Under the pieces are notes generated by a model that was not told the DNA's origin, ran no database searches, and worked only from the letters and a program-made list of their open reading frames with translations. Source: a virus (taxonomy: Duplodnaviria; Caudoviricetes). Taken from it: a stretch of 24,291 bases of DNA. Where the stretch lies: positions 1 through 24,291 of IMG/VR virus record IMGVR_UViG_3300034411_000126; one strand, given 5' to 3'. Made by a program: the position numbers and the translations under genes. Below are positions 1 through 10,098 of the stretch, one piece after another. Position 1 is the first letter of the stretch, and every line of letters starts with the position of its first letter.

Positions 1-1572
1 GAGGCTACATTCATCGATGGCCCTTATCTAGACACGAACACAACCACCACAACCCTCAATCCCGCCGCTACAAGCGGCACTGGGGTGGCTCTAGTTGCAT
101 CGACTAACCTTTTTGCCGCGACAGATGTAGGGCGGCTGGTGAGCCTTCCCGGCGGCAACGCCACAATCACGGCATTTACAGATGCCCAGAATGTAGCTGT
201 TACCATCAATGAAAATTTGTCAGCATCTACTGCCACGGCTGACTGGGCATTGGGCGCATTTTCTACGACAACCGGCTTTCCAAGTGCCGTCACATTCTTT
301 GAACAGCGCCTGATTTTTGCGGCACCCCCTAACGAGCCGCAAACAATATTTATGTCCAAATCCGGCGATTATGAAAACATGACCGCTGGCACTAATGATG
401 ACGATGCAATCATCTATCAAATTGCATCTAACCAAGTTAATAGTATTCGCTATCTAGCAGCGACAAGGGTTCTGACAATAGGCACAAGCGGCGGTGAGTA
501 TGTGCTGACCACCACTAATGATGGGCCTATTACGCCAACAAACGCGCAAATCAGAAAGTACAGCAATTATGGCACAGCCGCATTAGAGCCGGTGCAAGTC
601 GCTGATGTGACGCTCTTCTTACAGCGCGCCAAGCGCAAGCTGCGAGAGTTTAAATATTCTGGTGAGATCAATGCTAGCGGTTATGCAGCGGCTGACATGA
701 CCATCCTGTCAGAACATATCACGCAAGGCGGCATGGCTGACATGGCCTACCAACAGGAACCAGATTCAATTGTCTGGATGATCCGCAATGATGGCCAGCT
801 TATCGGCATGACATATCGCCGGGAAGAAGAGGTGGTTGCGTGGCATCAGCATAAGATCGGCGGCACATATACCGGCACACATGGTTCTCTCGCATCAGCC
901 ACATATGATTATGGAATGGTTGAAAGCATAGCTACGCTGCCAACAGAGGACAATGAAGACGAACTTTACATGATTGTGAAGCGCACGATCAACTCTGTTA
1001 CCAAGCGATATGTTGAGCGCATGAAGCCATTTGATTTTGGGTCTGCAGTTACTGCCGCGTTCTTTGTTGATAGCGGTCTAGCTTATGCTGGATCAGCCGC
1101 AACAAGCCTGTCTGGCTTGTATCATCTACATGGCCAAAGCGTCAGCGTCCTAGCCAATGGTGCAACGCATACAAATGAAACCGTGGCATCTGGCGGCATC
1201 TCATTAGATGTATCAGCAACCACAGCGGCGGCTGGGTTGCCGTATACCAGTAGGCTAACAACCCTGCGCCTTGAGAGCGGCAGCGTTGATGGCACAAGTC
1301 AGGGAAAGATTAAACGCATCCACGATATCACTTTGCGGCTGCATGAGACTGTCGGTGTTGAGGTTGGCAGCTCTGTTGACACTGTTGACCGCATACCTTT
1401 TAGAGACAGCTCCATGGCCATGTCAGCGGCTGTTGATCTGTTTACCGGCGATAAAGAGATTGAGTTCCGGGGCGGCTTTGAGGAAGACGATCAGATCGTT
1501 ATTCAGCAAACTCAGCCCCTGCCACTGACTGTCTTGGCAATCTATCCACGCATGAACACTTTCGATAGTTGA
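1..1572 (+). CDS. Tail tubular protein B / nozzle (5'-truncated)
   Basis: Frame 1 is open from base 1 (EATFIDGPYLDTNTT...), so the gene starts before the window. Motifs FPSAVTFFEQRL, SKSGDYENM, AYQQEPDSIVW, VVAWHQH, YVERM, FFVDSG and QTQPLPLTVLAI are typical of epsilon15/BPP-1-like podovirus tail tube B. Confidence 0.85.
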   Translation, partial: EATFIDGPYLDTNTTTTTLNPAATSGTGVALVASTNLFAATDVGRLVSLPGGNATITAFTDAQNVAVTINENLSASTATADWALGAFSTTTGFPSAVTFFEQRLIFAAPPNEPQTIFMSKSGDYENMTAGTNDDDAIIYQIASNQVNSIRYLAATRVLTIGTSGGEYVLTTTNDGPITPTNAQIRKYSNYGTAALEPVQVADVTLFLQRAKRKLREFKYSGEINASGYAAADMTILSEHITQGGMADMAYQQEPDSIVWMIRNDGQLIGMTYRREEEVVAWHQHKIGGTYTGTHGSLASATYDYGMVESIATLPTEDNEDELYMIVKRTINSVTKRYVERMKPFDFGSAVTAAFFVDSGLAYAGSAATSLSGLYHLHGQSVSVLANGATHTNETVASGGISLDVSATTAAAGLPYTSRLTTLRLESGSVDGTSQGKIKRIHDITLRLHETVGVEVGSSVDTVDRIPFRDSSMAMSAAVDLFTGDKEIEFRGGFEEDDQIVIQQTQPLPLTVLAIYPRMNTFDS

Positions 1573-1580
1573 GGTAATTA

Positions 1581-2129
1581 ATGAGCTTTTTCCAAATGGC
1601 CTCAATTGGCCTCAGTCTTTATGGCGCGTATCAAGAAAAGAAAGCCGGTGACAAAGCCTCTGCATTTGCGGCTGCTATCGGAGAAGAAAACGCCAAGATC
1701 ATTGAGCGTGACATTGATATTGCAGACCGCCAGATCGAAATCCTTAATCGTAATCTTGAGCTGTCCAACGAGCGCAAAGGCAAATCATTTAGAAAGTTTA
1801 GAGGAGCTGGCACCGCAATATATGGTGGCGGCGGCATAGAGTTAAGCCGGGGCGCGCCGGTCACAGTGGAATTAGCATCAGCGGCTGAGTTTGAATATGA
1901 ATTGTCGGTTGATGCGTACAACACATCTATAGCAATTCTGGAGCAAGAAGACCGCAAGGTTGAAGCCGGTATGCGCGCCAATGTCAGCCGAATGGGCGGT
2001 CAGGCCCAAGCATCAGCCTATGCGGCTCAAGGCACAACTGCTTTGCTAACAGGGCTTGGCACTACCATTGGTAACGCCAGTGACTATGGCATGTTTTCAC
2101 AATCCTATTGGGATAATTTTAGTCTTTGA
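1581..2129 (+). CDS. Putative small internal virion (ejection) protein
   Basis: 182 aa, Ala/Gly-rich with hydrophobic ends and a coiled-coil middle. It lies directly after tail tube B, with RBS GAGG upstream. Confidence 0.65.
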   Translation: MSFFQMASIGLSLYGAYQEKKAGDKASAFAAAIGEENAKIIERDIDIADRQIEILNRNLELSNERKGKSFRKFRGAGTAIYGGGGIELSRGAPVTVELASAAEFEYELSVDAYNTSIAILEQEDRKVEAGMRANVSRMGGQAQASAYAAQGTTALLTGLGTTIGNASDYGMFSQSYWDNFSL

Positions 2130-2144
2130 TTATGGAGTTGCTTA

Positions 2145-3821
2145 ATGCCTAAAGTGCCGGTTTATCAAAGCCAAGCTACACCCACGACAGATACCGGGAT
2201 GATTAGCTACACGCGCGCTCAAAAAGACAGCCGTCCATATATCCAAGCTGCGTTAGCCGAAGGCGAGACAGCATCAACAGCGGCATCACTGATATCTAAT
2301 TTTATGGACAAGCGTATTAGATCTGAAGCAGATCTTGCGGCTGACATGGCATTAGCTGGAGCTGATGCCGCACTTGAATCAGAGGTAAGCCGATTGAGCC
2401 GGGCTGTAGATCCAACAGCAATTTTTAACAATGATCTAAGCGGCCCTGACAATTGGATGGGTAATGTTAATGATATTAGGTCAGCGTCTATCAGCAATCT
2501 AAACCCTTTAGCGCAAAAAACATTCAACACAAAATTTGCAGCAAGCGCCGCAAAAAACCGGGCAAAACTGCGCGTTAAAATTGATGAGCGCGTAAATGCA
2601 TCAATGATTGCGCTTCATACAGTAAAGCAAAAAAATCTGATACTTAATTATTCAAACCTCGACAACATCCAAAGTTTTCCAAACGCAACAGCAATGATAG
2701 AAAATTTTCAAGACGATGTTCTTGAGTATAAAAATGACGGCTTGAAGCTTGTTGCTGAAGGTAGACTTTCTTTTGATGATCATCAAAGCAGCCTTTTGCA
2801 AATAGCAAATGAAATCACCGAAAACACAATGTCTTTGTTTTTAAAACAGCAAGACAACCCTTTATCAGCATTTGATGCGCTTGTGTCTAATGATGGTGAA
2901 ATGCTGGCTATTTTGGCATCAAAGCATCCTAACGCTGGTTTTGCGATGGAGATGTTAAGCCAAGTTCCAATATCCGCGCGAAACGAGTTGCTCTCTAAGC
3001 TTGAGGACATGGCTTACAAAGAATACGAGCGCAAAAAAACTAGAGATGCTGACGATGATAAAAAGATAAAGGTTGGTAACACAAAGCTTTTAAATGGATT
3101 GTTTGAGCCGGGCATTAGTTCAGAACAATTTAAAAACGATTTGTTAACTTTAAGAAACCAAAATTTCATTACACCACAAATGCAAAAGCTTATTGAAAAG
3201 CTTGAAGACGATGTAACCGGCACCGCTGTGTTTAGAACGACAGATGAGGGTGACGATGACGCTACTGTTAAGGCAATGGAAGCGCTTGTTCCATTTGGCG
3301 CGCTTACACATGACATTTTAGCAAACGCCGCTGATAAACTAACACAAGATACTTTTAGATCTTTGATGAATGATGTCGGCACTATCCGCAAAGACAAATG
3401 GTCTGAAACCGCTAAAGGGTTTCGATATGAGTTTGGCTATGCTGAAGAACAAGGCAATAATATTGAGGAATACGAACAGCAAGCAAAGCAATCATTCCAA
3501 CAATCAATGCGTTTATGGAACCAATTTAAAAGAAACAATCCAAAAGCTACAGCAACAGAAATGCAAAATGAATTTCAAAGAATTGTTGACGCTGAGTGGA
3601 CAAAACTGGATCAGGTTCTTGGTATTGAATTAAAAAACACAATTATTGCTTTAGAAGGTGACAATATCGATTTAGCGTTCCCTCGCTTAACTAATGGCGC
3701 CGTTGATGCTGGCACAGTAATTCAAACCCTTTCAGATTACATTCAATCTACTGATACAACTTACCTTGCCACGAGCCTTGCTCAATTAAGATATCTAGTC
3801 GATATGATTGGACAAAGATAA
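2145..3821 (+). CDS. Putative internal virion protein
   Basis: 558 aa helical protein with an MPKVPVY N-terminus typical of this gene slot. GGAG RBS upstream and a TAATG overlap with the next gene. Confidence 0.65.
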   Translation: MPKVPVYQSQATPTTDTGMISYTRAQKDSRPYIQAALAEGETASTAASLISNFMDKRIRSEADLAADMALAGADAALESEVSRLSRAVDPTAIFNNDLSGPDNWMGNVNDIRSASISNLNPLAQKTFNTKFAASAAKNRAKLRVKIDERVNASMIALHTVKQKNLILNYSNLDNIQSFPNATAMIENFQDDVLEYKNDGLKLVAEGRLSFDDHQSSLLQIANEITENTMSLFLKQQDNPLSAFDALVSNDGEMLAILASKHPNAGFAMEMLSQVPISARNELLSKLEDMAYKEYERKKTRDADDDKKIKVGNTKLLNGLFEPGISSEQFKNDLLTLRNQNFITPQMQKLIEKLEDDVTGTAVFRTTDEGDDDATVKAMEALVPFGALTHDILANAADKLTQDTFRSLMNDVGTIRKDKWSETAKGFRYEFGYAEEQGNNIEEYEQQAKQSFQQSMRLWNQFKRNNPKATATEMQNEFQRIVDAEWTKLDQVLGIELKNTIIALEGDNIDLAFPRLTNGAVDAGTVIQTLSDYIQSTDTTYLATSLAQLRYLVDMIGQR

Positions 3822-6736
3822 TGGATATGAAAGACATTCAAGGGTTTGCCACGCCATCCAATCAAGCACTTTCTATGACTGATGAGGGTATTCCAAGGAT
3901 TGCTGTTGACCCGGTTAGCACTTCCTCTGAATCAATGCCGCCACCAAACGAGCCTCAAAATGATCCTGTTGGCAACTCACCAAAAATAGTAGCAAATAAA
4001 AACAACTCAATTTTTGAGACATTGCCAGAAGATGAGTTTGACGCTGACGCAATAGATGAAAAATATTTTCTTGCAACTCAATTGCGCTCAATTGGTGTCG
4101 AGCCATTCCCAAATGCTATGCAATCACCAGATGATATGATGTTAGATGCGCCGGGTAATGAGGGCCAAAATGATGACGGCAGAGGTTTAATAGACCAAGG
4201 TGTTCAAGCGGCATATAAAGGCGCGTCAAAAGGCAGCGCTGAATTGTTTAATTCATTTGCTTTGCTTGCTGGCGCTCCACAAGAATTAGCTAAAAATGTC
4301 ATAAATATGGGGCTGGAAGCTGTCGGCATGGAGCCGGTCAAGAATGCTTTTGGTGATATTGACAGCATGCGAAGCCTTGTTAACGCATACCAGACTGCCG
4401 TCAATGATGTTATCCCGGTGCCTGATGCTGTAGTTGAATGGGCAAGCCAGCCATATGATAATGAGATCTTTGCTGGGTTTGTTGAAGCTGGCACACAGTT
4501 CGCTGTTGGAGCTGTGCCAGCGGCCAAGCTAGTAAAAGCAATGACAACCTACAATGCGGCAGCTAGAGGTTTTATATGGGGCGCGATAGCTGACTTTACG
4601 GCAATGTCACCTGATGACCCAATCCTTGCTGATAATATCACTGAGTATCTCCAAGGTTTGCCACCAGAAGAACAGTTGCCAATATTGCAATCTTTTGTCG
4701 AGGTAATAGCTAAAAACGAAACTGATCCAGAATTTGTGAAGCGCGCCAAAATGGCCCTTGAAGGTGGCGCGATTGGTACAGTCGTTGAAGGTGCTATTAG
4801 GGTAGCCAAGTTTATACCATTCAATAAAATTGTTGATGCCAGTAAACGAGCTGGCGGCAAAATGGTTGATGCGGCTGATGCCCGGATTGCTTCGCGCGCG
4901 GCTGATACCAGCGTGACGCTGACTGCCGGGGCTGACCCAATGCCAATGATAGATGCTGCAATTTCATATGCTGGCAAACTTGTTAATGGCGAAAAACCTA
5001 TAATATCTGAAGGTGGGTTGCCAATCAACGCAGACAAAGCTGCTAACGAATTGAGACTGCACCAAGGCAGAATTGATGCTGTCAAAGAAAAAGGTAAGCC
5101 TTATCCCGGTGAGCCGAAAAACCAAAGAACAGTTATCAAAGCACCGGCTGGGTCTGGCTTACCTGATTTAACTGTTGGCGATATTAAGCCAGAGGATTGG
5201 CAAGCACGCATTGAAGCTACAATGTCTCCAGATGAAATTATTGAGACATCCCAATGGTACAAAAAAGTTTTTGGAGAATTTCAAAAACAAGCTGATGGTG
5301 ACCCTAAAGAGATTGCGCGGCTTACTGATGCTTGGTTTGCCGGGCAGCAAAACTCTAGTCCAAGCCAAACTCTTAATGATGTGCTGTTTGTTTATGAGCA
5401 AGTCAAAGCTGGTGTGCCAAAAGATCAGCTAAAAGGCAAAGGTCTGCCGTCAGCAAACAAAATTGTTATTGATATTCTTACACAGTCAGAAATTACTGGC
5501 GGTGCCGGGCAGAAAATATCTGATTTTCTCGACAGCGGTTATGGAAAGAATGTTCGCTCATTTATGAACAATGACCCGGCTGGCGGCGCTCCATTCGTTG
5601 TGGATGTTCACACGGCGCGAGACATGGGGCTTGTTGACGAAACATATGTAAACCACATGAAACGGCTTGGTTATGATGTGCCAGATGACATTGTCATTGA
5701 TTTTGGTGGCGGCGGCATCAAAGGGGCAATGTACGAAAACCGGGCATTGTTTGGCGCTCAGCTAACAGACCATCTCAATTCAATTAATTGGATGGGCAAA
5801 TCTGATTGGGAAGCGGCTGAAGTCCAAGCTATCGGCTGGATGCAATTGTCTGGCATGTACGGCACACCAAATGTTGGTGGTGATGTTGTTGACGCTTTTG
5901 CTAAAAACACGCGCCGCATCTCTATGGAAGTTGACCCGGGCGAAGGCTCACCATGGGCAACAAAGTTTGGCGATGATTACGCAAATTTAGATGACGCAGC
6001 TAAAATCAGCATAAATGACCAAGTAACGGCAAAAGCAATAGAGGTTGTTAACAAGCGCGAAGGTGTTAATCTTGGCGGGGTTGTGCATGGCACTGGCGGT
6101 TGGGAGCTATTCCAAAACCCATCAACTGTCCAGCAAGCAATTGCGTCTAAAGATACGGCAGTAAGAGCGGCGGCTAGGTTAGGGTTGCTTTTGAACCAGA
6201 CAGAGGTTTGGGTTAATGCACCAAAAAGCATTACAAAAAATCCAAAACATTTTGCAGTTGATATTATTGAGGATGGCAGCGAATCGTTGCGCGATAGTGA
6301 CAAGTTGAAAAGCTTGTTTGAGGAACTTGTTGAAGCAGAGCCAAATGGGCTGTTTCGTGGGTATCAGCCAATCATAGTTGATGGCAAGCCCGGTATAAAA
6401 ATTATTATTGATGATGCTGCTATAAAGCAATCTCCTCTAAGTAAAGCGCAAGCTCAAGATTATATTTTGGATTTTGCAAATAAAAGACTTAGTGAAATTA
6501 CAGATAAACTTGAAATAGATGCAGAAGTCGATATTATGGAAACCGAACTGACTAAGCTCAGAAATGATTGGACAAAGGATAAAGACGGTGGCGGTTACAA
6601 AAGTTACCTTGGTGGACAGCCCGGAAAAGATGCGATCTCAGGGCAGTCCGATATCGATATTGACAGGGGCGAACTTGAGAACCTCTTTGGGGAACTCATC
6701 TCAAACGCCAAAAGCGGATCAGCCGAAACAAACTGA
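3821..6736 (+). CDS. Large putative internal virion protein carrying a DNA-glycosylase-like (HhH/EndoIII-type) domain
   Basis: 971 aa. The N-terminal half has ejection-protein-like helical segments (GAIADF...DP, RAKMALEGGAIG). The central part has the motif series WY...SSP...GQKISDF...VVDVH.R...Y...EVQAIGW. Confidence 0.6.
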   Translation: MDMKDIQGFATPSNQALSMTDEGIPRIAVDPVSTSSESMPPPNEPQNDPVGNSPKIVANKNNSIFETLPEDEFDADAIDEKYFLATQLRSIGVEPFPNAMQSPDDMMLDAPGNEGQNDDGRGLIDQGVQAAYKGASKGSAELFNSFALLAGAPQELAKNVINMGLEAVGMEPVKNAFGDIDSMRSLVNAYQTAVNDVIPVPDAVVEWASQPYDNEIFAGFVEAGTQFAVGAVPAAKLVKAMTTYNAAARGFIWGAIADFTAMSPDDPILADNITEYLQGLPPEEQLPILQSFVEVIAKNETDPEFVKRAKMALEGGAIGTVVEGAIRVAKFIPFNKIVDASKRAGGKMVDAADARIASRAADTSVTLTAGADPMPMIDAAISYAGKLVNGEKPIISEGGLPINADKAANELRLHQGRIDAVKEKGKPYPGEPKNQRTVIKAPAGSGLPDLTVGDIKPEDWQARIEATMSPDEIIETSQWYKKVFGEFQKQADGDPKEIARLTDAWFAGQQNSSPSQTLNDVLFVYEQVKAGVPKDQLKGKGLPSANKIVIDILTQSEITGGAGQKISDFLDSGYGKNVRSFMNNDPAGGAPFVVDVHTARDMGLVDETYVNHMKRLGYDVPDDIVIDFGGGGIKGAMYENRALFGAQLTDHLNSINWMGKSDWEAAEVQAIGWMQLSGMYGTPNVGGDVVDAFAKNTRRISMEVDPGEGSPWATKFGDDYANLDDAAKISINDQVTAKAIEVVNKREGVNLGGVVHGTGGWELFQNPSTVQQAIASKDTAVRAAARLGLLLNQTEVWVNAPKSITKNPKHFAVDIIEDGSESLRDSDKLKSLFEELVEAEPNGLFRGYQPIIVDGKPGIKIIIDDAAIKQSPLSKAQAQDYILDFANKRLSEITDKLEIDAEVDIMETELTKLRNDWTKDKDGGGYKSYLGGQPGKDAISGQSDIDIDRGELENLFGELISNAKSGSAETN

Positions 6737-6801
6737 GGCTGACACTAAAGCATAATAAAGCTTCACGAATGTAACGAAATCGTGTAGGGTTTTTTTAACA
6801 T

Positions 6802-6824
6802 GGGCGCTTCAGCGCCCTTTTTTT
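6802..6824 (+). terminator. Rho-independent terminator
   Basis: GGGCGC-TTCA-GCGCCC followed by T7. Confidence 0.75.
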
Positions 6825-6837
6825 ATGGGTACAATTC

Positions 6838-9800
6838 ATGTCAATTCAGATGCCACCATCTGAGCAAGAGCAACGCGCTCAGCTCAACAGCAACGCTATG
6901 GCGAATGTTGCAAAAGGTGGTGTCACCGAATTTGCGTCTGATCCGGGCGTTCAAGTAGCTGGATTGGGCGGCGAGGCTTTGAAGGCTTTATTTAGTGTGC
7001 TTACCGCAAAAAGCACCAGAACGCCTACTGATGTGATTGGTGCAAAGCCGCGCGTTATGGCAGAGGGTAACTTAGAAGGGCCGGATCTAAATTACAAAGA
7101 TACACAAACAGATGCCGCTGCCAGAACCTTGTCAGAAGAAGGCCAAACCAAGTTTAAACAGCAAGGCAACCAAGCAACAGATTTAAGCCCGGACGGCCAG
7201 AGAGAAGCGCGAATCCTTGCGGCAGCTAGTGATGCAGTCGAGCAAACGGCAGATCAACAGCTACGCGACACCATAGTGGCAAGCCAAAGAGGTGTGACAG
7301 CCGACAATCAAGGTTTTAGGCTAACAGAAGATTCATCTGGCTTAGCTAGCCAAAGTCAGGCTGATGAGGTTATTGAAGCTGCGTCTATAGAAGAAGGATA
7401 TTTAAGAAGCATTAAAGACGGCGGGGCATTTAACTGGGATAAGATCAGGCAACCTGATGATATAAAGGCTATAATCCAAGCAGTATCGGACAGTTTGCCA
7501 GAACAAGAGTTAGCGGCAACTAGGGGGGTTGTGACTAATGTTGAAACAACCGCTGATGCAATTCAATTATTAGCTGACGATTTAAATCTAAAGCGCAGCG
7601 TATTAAAGAATAAGCCCGGCACAACTTTTACCAATGCGACTGAAGCAACTGCCTCGCGGATGTTATTGGCAGATAGCGCAAAGAAATTGCGAGATCTTGC
7701 TGAACAGGTAAAGTTGAGACAAGGCGGCGATGCTGTCATTCTTCAATTTCGGCGGCACCTTGCTGTCCACAACGGCATTCAATTGCAGATCAAAGGCGCG
7801 CAAGCTGAAGCTGGCCGACTAACGCAATCTTTCAATATCCCGGTAACTGATGGCATGGCCCCGGATGTGATTGCTTTGATGAACATGGATGTCATCGAAG
7901 CCTCTGGCGGTGCTAAAACAATGATGATGGCCGCTGAAGGAATACTTGACGCTCATAAAAAAGGCGGTGATCCCGCAATGAATGAAGCCGCTCAAAAAGG
8001 CATAATGAGCAAATTTAGAAATGGCGTTGAGCATTTATACATTAATGGATTGTTGTCTGGCCCTAAGACGCAATTCAAAAATCTTATTGGCAACTTTTTG
8101 TTTGGGGCAATGCAAGTGCCAGAAGAGTTCCTTGCTGGTGAGCGCACAGCTTTCAAAGCTGTTGGCAAAGAAATTGATTACACAAAACAAAAATACATAA
8201 GCGATGTCGGCGCAAGAATGACCGGCTATTTTGTTTCTTTCAACGATGCATGGAGAGCGGCTAGAGAAGCTTTTGTAACAGGCAAGGCTGGCGATTCTAT
8301 TGTTAAGTCTGATTTCAACACCTATCGATCTGGCAATACAAAATTAAGTGATACACCGTTTGGCCTTGCAATGACTTATTTGCACAATGTGACAGGCATT
8401 CCAACAAGAGGGCTACTTGCTGGCGATGATTTTTTTAAAGTGCTTTCGCAGAACGGTGAACTTGCTGTTCTTGCAAACCATCAAAAGAAAGCAGCTCTAG
8501 CGGCTGGAATGACAGCAAGGCAAGCGCAAGATGAAGCAGATATGGTCAGGCTTTCGCCAAGGCAATTTGCGCCAGAGATAGATGTCAAGGGCCGTTATGA
8601 CACACTTATGTCTGACACTGGCGCTATTGGAGAAGCGGCAGCTAAGTTTCAAAACACATGGTTTGGCCGGTATATATTGCCTTTTGCAACAGCGCCAACA
8701 AACGACATTTTAAGAACATTTGAACGAACCCCTTTAGGTTTGCTTCATAAAGAAATGATCGGATCAGATGCTAGTAAAAGACAAATGCGTCTTGGACGAA
8801 TGGCCTTTGCAAGCATGACAATGGCAACTGTGGCAAACTACGCTGGTCAAGGCTACATAACTGGCGGCATTCCTATGTCAAGAACTGGTTATGTAGACAA
8901 AAAAAAGCGCGCTAAATTACCGCCGGGGTGGCAACCATATTCGTTTGTTTTTAGGGGAGAAGGGTTTCCTGTCGATGAAAATGGCGAACCATTGCCTTTG
9001 TTTGACAAATACCACAATCCTAATGGCCCTTTAAATTATGTCAGCTATGCCGGTCTTGGCCCATTAGCCAGCGTGATTGGCTTGACAGCCGGTGCGGTTC
9101 AATATGGTACGCTGGCCAGAAACGCTCAAGAATACCAATATTCTACTTTTGGCGCGGTTTTAAATGCTGTTGGCTATTTTAGAGAGTTGCCGTTTTTAAA
9201 AGGAATGGCAGATGTAATATCTGCGCTATCAACAGGGGATGCTAATTATTTAACGAAAGGCCCAATGGGTTCCATGAACCTTGGCGTTCCAATACCAAAT
9301 CCAGCTTCAGCATTGACTAGAACAATTGAGAGAATTGGCGATAACACAGTTACAAGTGCTGGCGCTAACTTTGAGTTTTACACAAAGCAAGAGGTAAGAG
9401 ATTTAACTGACGCTGGCGAACTGAAGCGAGGGGTTGACGGCAATTACGATTGGCAAATGGTTGGACAGCCAAAGGGTGAAATGGGGCTGAAATTTCAAGA
9501 ACTGATGAACAATTGGAAATATCAAGCTATTGCAACCAACCCCTTTGTTGATGACATAAATGCTGAAATCCCGCGATACGACACATTGGGCAATTTGGTT
9601 ACTGATGGCCCATCCTATGAAGAAGCGCCAGCATTAAGAATGTGGAATGCTTTCAGCCCTTTCACTGTGTCTAGCTCTGAAGAGCAACCAAAGTATGTAA
9701 AAGAGTTAGTGCGGTTAGATTGGCCAATACCACAAGCGCCAAAAAAATATAAAGGTGTTGTGCTTAGCACATTGCAACAAAGCAATCTTATATGGCTTGC

Positions 9801-10098
9801 AAAAGGTGATCGTGAACAAGTGCCGCCAAGTCTTGAAGGATTAGATCGAAACCCGGTTAGAGTGAAGGTTGCTGGCATTGGCTATGTCACTTTTAAAACA
9901 GCGCTGGCCAATCTTGTGACACCGGGTAATCGCAAATGGCGGCGCGCAAATGATAAACAAAAACGCGCTCTGGTTAGCTCTTTAAATGATCAATTTTTAG
10001 AAGCAGCATTTTCACGCCTTGTTGGTTTGCCGGGCAATGAAAAGGTTGGCCGCGCAGCTAAAGACATTGAAGGGCTAAAAGATAGAGGTATGTTATGA
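6838..10098 (+). CDS. Large internal virion / DNA ejection protein
   Basis: 1086 aa with motifs YINGLLSGPKTQFKN, RGLLAGDDFFK, PFATAPTN and GWQPYSF...YVSYAGLGP, seen in large podovirus core proteins. It is the last gene before the tail fibre. Confidence 0.7.
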   Translation: MSIQMPPSEQEQRAQLNSNAMANVAKGGVTEFASDPGVQVAGLGGEALKALFSVLTAKSTRTPTDVIGAKPRVMAEGNLEGPDLNYKDTQTDAAARTLSEEGQTKFKQQGNQATDLSPDGQREARILAAASDAVEQTADQQLRDTIVASQRGVTADNQGFRLTEDSSGLASQSQADEVIEAASIEEGYLRSIKDGGAFNWDKIRQPDDIKAIIQAVSDSLPEQELAATRGVVTNVETTADAIQLLADDLNLKRSVLKNKPGTTFTNATEATASRMLLADSAKKLRDLAEQVKLRQGGDAVILQFRRHLAVHNGIQLQIKGAQAEAGRLTQSFNIPVTDGMAPDVIALMNMDVIEASGGAKTMMMAAEGILDAHKKGGDPAMNEAAQKGIMSKFRNGVEHLYINGLLSGPKTQFKNLIGNFLFGAMQVPEEFLAGERTAFKAVGKEIDYTKQKYISDVGARMTGYFVSFNDAWRAAREAFVTGKAGDSIVKSDFNTYRSGNTKLSDTPFGLAMTYLHNVTGIPTRGLLAGDDFFKVLSQNGELAVLANHQKKAALAAGMTARQAQDEADMVRLSPRQFAPEIDVKGRYDTLMSDTGAIGEAAAKFQNTWFGRYILPFATAPTNDILRTFERTPLGLLHKEMIGSDASKRQMRLGRMAFASMTMATVANYAGQGYITGGIPMSRTGYVDKKKRAKLPPGWQPYSFVFRGEGFPVDENGEPLPLFDKYHNPNGPLNYVSYAGLGPLASVIGLTAGAVQYGTLARNAQEYQYSTFGAVLNAVGYFRELPFLKGMADVISALSTGDANYLTKGPMGSMNLGVPIPNPASALTRTIERIGDNTVTSAGANFEFYTKQEVRDLTDAGELKRGVDGNYDWQMVGQPKGEMGLKFQELMNNWKYQAIATNPFVDDINAEIPRYDTLGNLVTDGPSYEEAPALRMWNAFSPFTVSSSEEQPKYVKELVRLDWPIPQAPKKYKGVVLSTLQQSNLIWLAKGDREQVPPSLEGLDRNPVRVKVAGIGYVTFKTALANLVTPGNRKWRRANDKQKRALVSSLNDQFLEAAFSRLVGLPGNEKVGRAAKDIEGLKDRGML

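Noticed and set aside
6762-6790. Internal promoter TTCACG-17-TAGGGT
   Set aside because: It is a weak match and would fire straight into the terminator, so the sequence alone cannot support it.
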